Source of the DNA: Candidatus Aldehydirespirator sp.
GTDB lineage: Bacteria; Actinomycetota; Acidimicrobiia; Acidimicrobiales; Aldehydirespiratoraceae
Reading direction: 5' to 3'
Length of the DNA stretch: 64,000 nt
Assembly: GCA_965221605.1 (NCBI GenBank)
Contig: CBDCSK010000014.1
Location: 26,666 to 90,665, forward strand
Shown: positions 8,590-16,948 of the stretch, in pieces
How the letters are laid out: each line of letters starts with the position of its first letter
How positions within the stretch are numbered: the stretch's first letter is position 1
Translations under genes and position numbers: made by a program
Notes under the pieces: generated by a model
The model's database searches: none
Seen by the model: only the letters and a program-made list of their open reading frames with translations
What the model was told of the DNA's origin: nothing

Positions 8590-10322
8590 CAGACCTGCTC
8601 CGACCGCCTGATCTCGAACGGCAGCCCGCCGAACATGATGTTGAGTTCGTTCAGGTCATCGAGCTCGATGTACTTTCCAGCCGCGAACACGACGGCCTGC
8701 TTCCGCTCCTGCCGGCAGATCTCAGCGATATCCTCGGCTCGCCCCTCGGTCAGGACCGCCTCGGTGCTGCGTAGCCAGTCAAGATCGGGCTGGTAGCGCA
8801 GATAGTAGTTGCGGCCCGAATCACTGTAGATCAGGCCGTGCTCGTCCAAGGGACGAAGGTCTGCCGGGCCGACAGACTGCCCTGTGGCGGTGTGCATAAG
8901 CCAGGCAGCGAGTTCCGCGAATTGCGGCAACGTATCGCCGCTGAGCATCCCCGAGGCTGTGACCGGAACACCACGAGTACTAAACGTGAACGATCCACCG
9001 AGCCCCTCGCGTAGTGCCTCATCCCGCGCATCGGGCACGCCCGAGATGACGCGTCGCACTCGCTCAGCCGTCACAGAATCGGCGTAGTCCTCACACTCCA
9101 CGAGGATGAACTTGCGGCTGCCGTCGTCCTGTTTATTCAAGGCCAGAACTGCATGAGCTGTAGTACCAGAACCTGCAAACGAGTCAAGGATGATGTCCTG
9201 ACCAGAGGTGACAATCTCAAGCAACCGCCGAATCACCCGCTCATCCTTCGGATACTCGAACGATGCCTCAGGTAGAATACGGACAAGTTCCTTGTGGGCT
9301 GCTCGCCGATCCTGATAGAATACGCTAGTCAGAACCTGCGAATCGGTCTCATTCAAGTACTTCTTGAGATTGGGCACCCTTGATTCATCTACACCAAAGT
9401 GAACGCGTCCCTGTTCAATCGCTTCCAGCATCTTGTTCCTGTCAGGAAACACCCACCCTCTCGCGGGAACCTTGACAGGTTTGCCAGTGGCAGGATGGAG
9501 TATCTCATAGGTGGGACCTCCTCCACCCGGCCAGGAGATGTCCGCGGCGAAGTAGACACCATTTGTATCGATCCAACGGTAGTGACGATGGGCGTAGGAC
9601 TCATGCTTCTTGTCAAGAGATGCGAACCACCGTTGCAAGTCATCCGATGCGCCAGATGAGTCTCCTTCGTGTTTCTTCCACGCTTCCGAAGCCACTTCGT
9701 TGATTTCGTCGACACCCTCCTTCATGGCGCGCCAGCGTGACTTGTTCTCGCGAATCAGATTCAATTGGCTAGCATAGCACAGAACATAGTCATGACCTAC
9801 GGAGATGAACCGTGCATCATTCTTGCCCGTTCCCTCCCAAACAAACGATCCAACGAAGTTCTCGGCACCGAAGATATCGTCCATTAGCATGCGTAGGTGG
9901 TGCTGTTCGTTGTCGTCGATGGAGACAAAAATCACGCCATCATCTGAGAGGAGTTCCCGCAGCAGTTGCAGGCGGGGCCACATCATTGAGAGCCACTTGT
10001 CATGGCGCTCCAAGTCCTCGCCGTCGATGGGCGCCTCGTCAGCGAACCACTGCTTGAGAATGGGGCCGTTGGCGTTGTCGTTGTAAGACCAGCCCTCGTT
10101 GCCAGTGTTGTAGGGCGGGTCGATGTAGATGCACTTCACCCGTCCGGCGTAGCGGGGCAGCAGGGCCTTGAGGGCGTGCAGGTTGTCGCCCTGAATGATG
10201 AGGTTGTCGTCATCAGGGCAGTCGCCGACGGACTTCTCGGGCTCGGGCACGAGGGGCCTGTAGGGCACCGTCAGGTGGTGCGCGTAAATGTGCCGTTTGC
10301 CCTTGAAATCAAGTGTTGGCAT
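8589..10322 (-). CDS. mod: Type III DNA methyltransferase, Mod subunit (beta-class N6A/N4C MTase)
   Basis: Motif IV (IYIDPPYNTGNEGW) precedes motif I (LDSFAGSGTTAHAV). ATG at 10320-10322 is preceded by GGGAG. The tracked ORF starts 18 nt upstream at a GTG. Confidence 0.85.
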   Translation of the reverse strand: MPTLDFKGKRHIYAHHLTVPYRPLVPEPEKSVGDCPDDDNLIIQGDNLHALKALLPRYAGRVKCIYIDPPYNTGNEGWSYNDNANGPILKQWFADEAPIDGEDLERHDKWLSMMWPRLQLLRELLSDDGVIFVSIDDNEQHHLRMLMDDIFGAENFVGSFVWEGTGKNDARFISVGHDYVLCYASQLNLIRENKSRWRAMKEGVDEINEVASEAWKKHEGDSSGASDDLQRWFASLDKKHESYAHRHYRWIDTNGVYFAADISWPGGGGPTYEILHPATGKPVKVPARGWVFPDRNKMLEAIEQGRVHFGVDESRVPNLKKYLNETDSQVLTSVFYQDRRAAHKELVRILPEASFEYPKDERVIRRLLEIVTSGQDIILDSFAGSGTTAHAVLALNKQDDGSRKFILVECEDYADSVTAERVRRVISGVPDARDEALREGLGGSFTFSTRGVPVTASGMLSGDTLPQFAELAAWLMHTATGQSVGPADLRPLDEHGLIYSDSGRNYYLRYQPDLDWLRSTEAVLTEGRAEDIAEICRQERKQAVVFAAGKYIELDDLNELNIMFGGLPFEIRRSEQV

Positions 10323-10340
10323 CGAAACTCCCTGTCGCAC

Positions 10341-10367
10341 CGCCTGCTGATCGCAACGTAGCAGGCG
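10341..10367 (-). promoter_or_regulatory. GC-rich hairpin between the ATPase stop and the mod start
   Basis: CGCCTGCT (10341-10348) and AGCAGGCG (10360-10367) form a perfect 8-bp stem with an 11-nt loop. There is no U-tract. It lies 19 nt upstream of the mod ATG. Confidence 0.3.
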
Positions 10368-10403
10368 GCTGAGACAAGACCGGGAACCCTCAACGGGAGG
10401 GGG

Positions 10404-12095
10404 TCAGGAGACGGCGGCGACCCCGCTGCGGTGCCGGTACTCCAATAGCGACGACCTTCCCTGCATGGCGATCACCCGCACGTCGGACTGGTTGCCGTAG
10501 GCGTCAACGAGGTGCAGTGGCACCCCGCCGACAGCGAAGCTGACCGGCTGCTGCCGGCCGCCGTCGACCGCGACATTCGTGGTGTAGAGATATGGCCGCT
10601 GTGAGTCGTCCAGAATCGGATTGAGGCGCCCATCGAGACCGGGCACGTAGCCCGTCCCGTCCGCGAAGATCACAGAACCCCCGTCGGCGACAGCCTCCAG
10701 TTGCACTTCGAGCGCCCCCTCGTCAGGCACCCATTCGTTCTCGACCGCCGCGCTGAGGCTGGCCGCCGCGACGAAGACCGTCATTGGAGTGTCGGTCGTG
10801 TACAGCTTGAGTTGCGCCACGCCTGTGCTGTCACTGCTGGCCCGCTGCCAGGTGTTGTTGGGGAAGAGCGCTAGGACATCCGCGCCGGCGACCGGATCGC
10901 CGCGGCATGTGACCCGGATCGAAGTCTCGGCGTCGAACCGGCTCAGAGCCTCGGCGAACTGATCGAGCGGCACGACGTCGCAGGCGTTTCGGGTCTGCGC
11001 CTCCGTGCCTGCGTATACGAGGGTCCTGGCGGCAACGTCCGGCACCGCCTTGGCTACGCGGTCGAACGACTGGAAGAAGCTCGAGACGACGGTTGCACCA
11101 GACTTGGCCTCGATGGCGTTGATGCCCCGCTCCGTCTCATAGAAGAGGTCGCACTCCAAGCCTCGCGAGTCGCGGAAGAACGAGAGCCGGGGATCGACGC
11201 CACGGTTGTAGCCATGCTTGATCGCCTCGCTCACCACGATGTTTTCGAAGAGCTGTCCCCGCAGCGGATGCGTCGCCACCTGCCCGGGGCTCTCGATCCC
11301 GAGCAAGTAGCTGGCGAGACCGACGTCGTGGAAGTAGAGCTTCGGCGACTTCACGAGCCGTTTGCGGATGTTCCTTGCGAATGGCGGCAGCAGGAACACG
11401 ATGTAGCTGCGCTCCAGCACAGTGAGCCACTGGCGAATCGTCGTGCGTGACACCCCGACATCGTCGCTGAGGGAGGTCAGAGACAGCAACTGCCCGACCC
11501 GCCCAGCGCACAGTGCGACGAACTGAGTGAACGCCGGCAGGTTCGCGACGCCGCCCATGCGCCGCACATCGCGCTCGACGTAGGTCTCGAAGTAGTCGCG
11601 CAGTGCTTGACGAGGTTCGAGCCGCTGATCGACGATTCGCGGATAGAAGCCGCTGAAGACGATGTCGCCGAGGGCTTCACCGGCTCCCGTGCGCCGTCGC
11701 TCTGAAAGCGAGAACGGCAGGAGACGCAACTGAGCGACCCGGCCTGCGAGCGACTCGCCCACCTCGGCCGCGAGCGCCAGGTTCTCGCTGCCGGTGAGGA
11801 CGTACAGCCCGTTGCCACCGCTGGCGTCGGCAGCCTCCTTCAGGTAGGCGAGCAGCGACGGAACGTGCTGGATCTCATCGATGACGGCAGGAACGCCGAT
11901 CTCGGCTAGGAAGCCGCGCGGATCGGACTCCGCATACGCACGAACATCGTGGGCATCGAGACTGCGGTAGGCGAGGCTGCTGAAGGCCGCCCGGCATAGC
12001 GTCGTCTTGCCCGCCTGTCGTGGCCCGGTCACGGTCACGAACGGGTACTGTCTGAACAGCTTCGTCAGGCGCCCGGTGATCTCACGCTCGATCAC
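10404..12095 (-). CDS. AAA+ ATPase (COG1373-like, AAA_14 + DUF4143 region) with a ~160-aa extra C-terminal domain
   Basis: Walker A VTGPRQAGKTTL, Walker B PAVIDEIQH, and a D...ExK-like motif (ECDLFYETERGINAIEAKSG). The C-terminal residues ~400-563 are beta-rich and I could not assign them. Confidence 0.75.
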   Translation of the reverse strand: MIEREITGRLTKLFRQYPFVTVTGPRQAGKTTLCRAAFSSLAYRSLDAHDVRAYAESDPRGFLAEIGVPAVIDEIQHVPSLLAYLKEAADASGGNGLYVLTGSENLALAAEVGESLAGRVAQLRLLPFSLSERRRTGAGEALGDIVFSGFYPRIVDQRLEPRQALRDYFETYVERDVRRMGGVANLPAFTQFVALCAGRVGQLLSLTSLSDDVGVSRTTIRQWLTVLERSYIVFLLPPFARNIRKRLVKSPKLYFHDVGLASYLLGIESPGQVATHPLRGQLFENIVVSEAIKHGYNRGVDPRLSFFRDSRGLECDLFYETERGINAIEAKSGATVVSSFFQSFDRVAKAVPDVAARTLVYAGTEAQTRNACDVVPLDQFAEALSRFDAETSIRVTCRGDPVAGADVLALFPNNTWQRASSDSTGVAQLKLYTTDTPMTVFVAAASLSAAVENEWVPDEGALEVQLEAVADGGSVIFADGTGYVPGLDGRLNPILDDSQRPYLYTTNVAVDGGRQQPVSFAVGGVPLHLVDAYGNQSDVRVIAMQGRSSLLEYRHRSGVAAVS

Positions 12096-12108
12096 ATTCT
12101 CACGGTAT

Positions 12109-12139
12109 CACAATCTGAAGTTAATGGTTGCAGATTGTG
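12109..12139. promoter_or_regulatory. Perfect 9-bp inverted repeat in the A/T-rich leader of the AAA+/DUF4143 gene
   Basis: CACAATCTG-N13-CAGATTGTG, located 14-44 bp upstream of the GTG start at 12095. Confidence 0.4.
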
Positions 12140-12234
12140 CACTACTGATCGTTATGTGAGGCAGGACGGAGGCGGGTGTCGCGGGGTGCCCTGAAGTAGG
12201 GTTGCCGGGCCGACAACCAGGAGGGCAGACCGGC

Positions 12235-13011
12235 ATGGGAGAGTTCGTTCGAGTCGAGGCCAGCGGGGGCGTGGCCACCATCCGGATCGACCGGCCCAAG
12301 ATGAACGCCATCAACCCGCAGATGCTCGCGGAGTTGACCGAGGCCGCCCACACCATCGCGGCCGACGGCGACGTGAGGGCCGCGGTGGTGTGGGGAGGGC
12401 CGAGGATCTTCGCGGCCGGGGCCGACATCGGAGGCTTCACCGGCCTCGACGCGGCGGGGGCCCAGGATCTGTCGCGCGTCTTCAACGACGCGTTCCTCGC
12501 GGTGGAGAACATGCCCCAGATCACGGTGTCGGCCGTGAACGGCTACGCGCTCGGCGGCGGCATGGAGCTGGCCATGGCCACCGACTTCAGGGTGGCCGCG
12601 GAGGACGCGGTGTTGGGTCAGCCCGAGATCCGCCTCGGGATCATCCCCGGCGGCGGGGGCACCCAGCGGCTTCCCCGTCTGGTGGGCGTCACCAGAGCAA
12701 AGGAGATCATCTACACGGGCCGCAACGTGCATCCGGACGAGGCCCTCGCCATCGGCCTCGTCTCCGCAGTGCATGCCCCCGAAGAGACCTACAACGCGGC
12801 GGTGGAGATGGCCGCGGGCTACGCCGCGGGACCGGCCGCGCTGCGCATGGCCAAGCAGGCGGTCATGGACGGCCTGGCCCTGTCGCTGGCCGACGCGGTG
12901 GCCTGCGAGACCGAGCAGTTCGGCGCCTGCTTCGACACCGAGGACGCCTCCATCGGCGTGGCCAGCTTCCTGGAGCAGGGCCCCGGCAAAGCCACCTTCA
13001 CCGGCCGCTGA
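12235..13011 (+). CDS. Enoyl-CoA hydratase/isomerase (crotonase) family protein
   Basis: [10 protein letters not shown] and [15 protein letters not shown] oxyanion-hole motifs. ATG 12235 is preceded by AGGAGGG. The tracked ORF starts at TTG 12202. Confidence 0.85.
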   Translation: MGEFVRVEASGGVATIRIDRPKMNAINPQMLAELTEAAHTIAADGDVRAAVVWGGPRIFAAGADIGGFTGLDAAGAQDLSRVFNDAFLAVENMPQITVSAVNGYALGGGMELAMATDFRVAAEDAVLGQPEIRLGIIPGGGGTQRLPRLVGVTRAKEIIYTGRNVHPDEALAIGLVSAVHAPEETYNAAVEMAAGYAAGPAALRMAKQAVMDGLALSLADAVACETEQFGACFDTEDASIGVASFLEQGPGKATFTGR

Positions 13012-13057
13012 CCGCGGGGGATGCAGGCACCCCCGTCGAATCGGCCGCCAATTCCGC

Positions 13058-13879
13058 TTAGGCGACCTCGAGACGGTTCAGGCGGATCGCGGCCAGAGCC
13101 AGGCCCACGACGGATACCGCGGCCAGCACCACCAGCGCGGTGGTGGTCGTGTGGGCGTCGAAGCCGTAGTCGATCCCCCCGACTTGGCTGAGCACCGACC
13201 GGGTATAGCCCCTAAGCGACAGGCGGGCGGCGAACTCGCCCAGCCCCACGGCCAGGCCCTCCCACAGCAGCACGTAGCCGATACCCCAGATGATCGGCTT
13301 CTTGACGAGCAGGCCCAGCAGCACGAACAGCGCTGAGTAGGCGGCGGTGCCGAGGGCAGCCGCGGCCGCGGCGGCCAGGGCCAGGTCGGCGGACCCGGCG
13401 ACGCGGTCGGCCGCAAGCCAGCCGCCCACCGCGGACGGGATCACTGTCAAGGGCAGGGCCGCGGTGGCCGCGGCGGCTGCCGCCCCGGCCACTACCGGGG
13501 CGCGGCCCATGGGGCGCAGCCACAGATAGACCAGGGTGCCGTCCTCTCGGGTCTCGCCCAGCACCGACGAGCCGAACACCAGCGACACGATGGGCACGAT
13601 GATGATCAACCCGAAGCCGTCGGCGTAGCCGGCACCGTCCCTCAGCAAGTCGGCCGCGTCCTGATCGCCGCCGCCTGCGTTGAGACCCACCAGCCAGCCC
13701 ACCAGCATCATCAGCACCCCCAGGGCGCCCAGCGCGAAGATCTTCCCGGGGGTGAGGACCTGGCTGACCAGCACCCGGTACGTCAGTACCGCCGCTCGGA
13801 GGCTGGGCACATGCCGGCGAGTCTGGGGCGCGATCGGCGCAGTCATCGCTTCACAGTCCCGAAATGGGACGACTGACAA
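13058..13879 (-). CDS. ABC-2-type transporter permease
   Basis: Multi-TM hydrophobic protein immediately downstream of an ABC ATPase. The start is uncertain (ATG 13879, or the internal Met at 13846). Confidence 0.65.
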   Translation of the reverse strand: MSVVPFRDCEAMTAPIAPQTRRHVPSLRAAVLTYRVLVSQVLTPGKIFALGALGVLMMLVGWLVGLNAGGGDQDAADLLRDGAGYADGFGLIIIVPIVSLVFGSSVLGETREDGTLVYLWLRPMGRAPVVAGAAAAAATAALPLTVIPSAVGGWLAADRVAGSADLALAAAAAAALGTAAYSALFVLLGLLVKKPIIWGIGYVLLWEGLAVGLGEFAARLSLRGYTRSVLSQVGGIDYGFDAHTTTTALVVLAAVSVVGLALAAIRLNRLEVA

Positions 13880-13880
13880 G

Positions 13881-14882
13881 TCATCGCCTCTCCACCAGGT
13901 AGCGGAACACCGACTCGAGGTCCTCGTCCAGGGGGACGACCCGCGACAGGCGGGTTTCGAGGCGCTGCGCCAGCGGAGCGACCTCCCGGCCGAAACGGTC
14001 GACGTCGCGGGTGTCCACGACGATCGAGTCCCGGCCGACGCTCACGCCCACCGCGGTGCCCGACTCCACAAGGGCGGCCGCGAACTGCCGGGGCCGGTCC
14101 ACGGCGATGCGGATGCGGTGGGGGCGGTCGTCCATGAGCTCGCGCAGCTCGCGGTAGTCGCCGGTGGCGGCCAGGCGTCCTTGTGCGATCAGGAGGATCC
14201 GGGAACCGAGGCGGGCGACCTCCTCGAGGACGTGGCTCGACACCAGCACGCACCGGCCCTCGTCGCCCAGCCCGTGGAACAGCTCGATCATGCGGCGCCG
14301 CTGCACCGGGTCGAGCCCGGTGAGGGGCTCGTCGAGGATCAGCACCTCGGGGTCGTGCACCAGCGCGGCGGCCAGCTTCACCCGCTGGCGCATGCCCTTG
14401 GAGAAGCCCGACACCCGCTTGGAGTCGTCGGGGTCTAGGCCCACCACTCCGAGGGCCCGCCGGGCCGCGGGCTCCGGTTCGGCCACCGCTTCGGTGGCCG
14501 CGGCCAGTCTCACGAACTGCAAGGCGCTGAGCCGGTCGAACAGTCCGTCCTGCTGCGGGGCAAGGCCGATGCGGCCCCGGACGTCGCGGTCGCGGCGGGC
14601 GTCGGCGCCCAGCACCCGGACGGTGCCCTTGGTGGGCGGGGTCAGCCCGCACATCACCCTGAACAGGGTGGACTTGCCCGCGCCGTTGGGACCGAGCAGG
14701 GCGGTGACCCCGGCCCGAACCGAGAAGCTCACATCGGACACCGCCACGACGTCACCGAACACCTTCGACACGCCGTTCACCTCGACCATGGCCGAACCGT
14801 CGGGCGGCGGGGGCGGGGGCAGCGCTCCGGCCGGCGGGGACACCGGCGGTCCCGGCGGCGGCGTGGGCGGGCTGGTGCTCAT
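13881..14882 (-). CDS. ABC transporter ATP-binding protein with a Pro-rich N-terminal extension
   Basis: GPNGAGKST Walker A, an LSGG-like signature (FSKGMRQRV) and ILDEP. ATG 14880-14882 overlaps the upstream permease stop (ATGA). The N-terminus is STSPPTPPPGPPVSPPAGALPPPPPPDG. Confidence 0.85.
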   Translation of the reverse strand: MSTSPPTPPPGPPVSPPAGALPPPPPPDGSAMVEVNGVSKVFGDVVAVSDVSFSVRAGVTALLGPNGAGKSTLFRVMCGLTPPTKGTVRVLGADARRDRDVRGRIGLAPQQDGLFDRLSALQFVRLAAATEAVAEPEPAARRALGVVGLDPDDSKRVSGFSKGMRQRVKLAAALVHDPEVLILDEPLTGLDPVQRRRMIELFHGLGDEGRCVLVSSHVLEEVARLGSRILLIAQGRLAATGDYRELRELMDDRPHRIRIAVDRPRQFAAALVESGTAVGVSVGRDSIVVDTRDVDRFGREVAPLAQRLETRLSRVVPLDEDLESVFRYLVERR

Positions 14883-15844
14883 CGGCTCAGCGCCAGCCGC
14901 CGGTAGCGCCACCACACCACCGCCGAGCCCAGCGCCACCCAGGCGAAGTTGGCCGCCACCACGAACAGGGTGGACAACTGTTCCCGCCCGGCCCCGGGCT
15001 CGAACGCTTCGTCTTCGGCAGACTCCGGCGCGCCGAAGGGATCCAACCCCTCGACGCCGTAGATCCGGTTCTTGAATTCGTCGGAGATCCCTCCGAGGTC
15101 GAAGGCGTAGACCTGCTCGCTCATGTCGGCCGCCTCCACCAGCGCCAGCGTGGTGAAGCTGCTACCCCACAGCAGCACGACCACGCCGATGGTCGCGAAT
15201 AGCCGCCGGTCGGTAAGGCTCGCCGCAGCCAGGCTGGCCGCGGTGAACGCCGCAGAGATGGCCGCCCCGGCCAGGATGATGCGCACGAAGATCTTGATCC
15301 ACTCGATGAGCCCGTCGGGCCCCGAGCCTTCGATGGTGCGGGCCACCAGCAGGAACAGCACAGGCCCCATCGTGAGAACCGCCAGCGCGACCGCCACCGC
15401 CAGCGCCTTCGAAGCGAGATAGCTCCACCGCTGCAGCGGGGTCGACAGGTACAGCTGGAGCATCCCGTTGCGGCGGTCGGCCACCAGGATGTCGGGCACG
15501 ATGATGGCGCAGTAGAAGAACAGCGCCGTGGTGATGAAGCCGTAGTACTCGTGATAGTCGGGCAGGATCTCGTCCTCGATCATGTCGATGTCGAGCACCA
15601 CCGCGAGCCCCACGAAGACCACCGCCGGGACCAGCGCGATCACCACCGCGAGCCACGGCAGGATCTTGTGGCGGGCGGCCCGGCCCAGCCCGAGGGTGTG
15701 GCGCACCGAGTAGCGCACCACAGAGCGGATCGATCCGGGCAGCCCGGTGCGAGGTCCGTCGTATGACCGGTAGCCCCGGTCCATGATCTGAGCGGCCTCG
15801 CTGGCTGCAGCAGGGGTGGAGTTCGGTGCAGGAGTGTCGCTCAT
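14879..15844 (-). CDS. ABC-2-type transporter permease
   Basis: Six or so hydrophobic segments. It is translationally coupled on both sides (ATGA overlaps at 15841-15844 and 14879-14882). Confidence 0.7.
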   Translation of the reverse strand: MSDTPAPNSTPAAASEAAQIMDRGYRSYDGPRTGLPGSIRSVVRYSVRHTLGLGRAARHKILPWLAVVIALVPAVVFVGLAVVLDIDMIEDEILPDYHEYYGFITTALFFYCAIIVPDILVADRRNGMLQLYLSTPLQRWSYLASKALAVAVALAVLTMGPVLFLLVARTIEGSGPDGLIEWIKIFVRIILAGAAISAAFTAASLAAASLTDRRLFATIGVVVLLWGSSFTTLALVEAADMSEQVYAFDLGGISDEFKNRIYGVEGLDPFGAPESAEDEAFEPGAGREQLSTLFVVAANFAWVALGSAVVWWRYRRLALSR

Positions 15845-16833
15845 CGGGCCGCGTCCTCGAAGAGGTCCTCGAGCGTGCGGCGCCGGGTCTCAAGGCGGCG
15901 GATGCGGCCGCCGGCGGCCGCCACCGCATCGCGGGACCGGTCACAGAGTTCCTCGTAGTCCGCGCCCCGCAGCGCCAGTGTGGCCTCATGGCGGCGAACG
16001 TCGAGGCCGCCGGCCCGCAACGCGGCCTCCACCGCATCGACCGACCCGGCCGGCTCGGCCACGTCCACTAGTTCAAGGGTGATCCCGTCGCCTGCGCCGA
16101 CGAGATCGCTGATCGGCCCGCAGGCCACGAGGCGGCCCGCGTCCAAGGCCACGATGTTGTCGCACACCCGCTCCACCTCTTCGAGCTGGTGCGACGACAG
16201 CACCACGTTGATCGAGAAATCGCGGCTGATCTGGCCGATGAGGGTCAGCATCTCGCTGCGCTGCACCGGGTCGAGGCCGTCGGTGGGCTCGTCGAGCAGC
16301 ACCAGCTTGGGGTCCGAGGCGATGGCCTGGGCCAGCTTGACCCGCTGGCGCTGGCCGGTGGACATGGTGCCCAGCGTCCGGAGGCGCTCCTCCCCGAGCC
16401 CGACCAGCCACAGCGTGTCCGAGGCGCGGTTGCGGGCCTCGCCCCGGGGCAGGCCCTGCACCTCAGCGAGGTGGCGGACGAAGTCGACGGCCCGCATCTC
16501 GTCGGGTAGCACGTTGCGCTCGGGCGCGAACCCCACGCTGGCCCTGAGCCTGTGGCCCGCCCTCTGGGGGTCGTAGCCCAGCACGGTGAGCGATCCCGAG
16601 GTGGGGATGCGCAACCCCAACATGGCGTTGAGCAGCGTGGTCTTGCCCGCTCCGTTGGCGCCAACGAGCCCGGTTACGCCGGGCTGCATCTGGAGGTCCA
16701 GGCCGTCGAGGGCCACCGTGGGGCCGAAACGCTGGGTCAGCGCCTGCGTCTCGACGATGGTCACCCGCGGATCATACGACCGGCCCGTTGCATTGCCACC
16801 CTCGGCTAGCGGCCCCCTGGCCGGCTCATTCAC
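15841..16833 (-). CDS. ABC transporter ATP-binding protein
   Basis: GANGAGKTTL, MSTGQRQRVKLAQAI, LLDEPTDGLD. GTG start at 16831-16833. Confidence 0.85.
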   Translation of the reverse strand: MNEPARGPLAEGGNATGRSYDPRVTIVETQALTQRFGPTVALDGLDLQMQPGVTGLVGANGAGKTTLLNAMLGLRIPTSGSLTVLGYDPQRAGHRLRASVGFAPERNVLPDEMRAVDFVRHLAEVQGLPRGEARNRASDTLWLVGLGEERLRTLGTMSTGQRQRVKLAQAIASDPKLVLLDEPTDGLDPVQRSEMLTLIGQISRDFSINVVLSSHQLEEVERVCDNIVALDAGRLVACGPISDLVGAGDGITLELVDVAEPAGSVDAVEAALRAGGLDVRRHEATLALRGADYEELCDRSRDAVAAAGGRIRRLETRRRTLEDLFEDAAR

Positions 16834-16874
16834 GAGTCCACCGTGCCCTCAGGAGTGCCTTGGTCCAATCGGGG

Positions 16875-16908
16875 ATGTCCCTGATCTTGCCCCGACAACC
16901 AGGGACAT
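16875..16908. promoter_or_regulatory. 9-bp inverted repeat between the DUF418 gene end and the ABC operon start
   Basis: ATGTCCCTG-N16-CAGGGACAT. It could be a weak terminator for the upstream gene or an operator for the ABC operon. Confidence 0.25.
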
Positions 16909-16948
16909 ACTGGGGGGCACTCGCGCCTCTCTGCCCGGACGTGTGGCG

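Noticed and set aside
6064-12095. Calling the R-M/ATPase islet, or the TA-flanked blocks, a mobile element.
   Set aside because: There is no integrase, transposase, recombinase, tRNA target or flanking direct repeats anywhere in the window. I describe them only as accessory islets, based on gene content and composition judged by eye.
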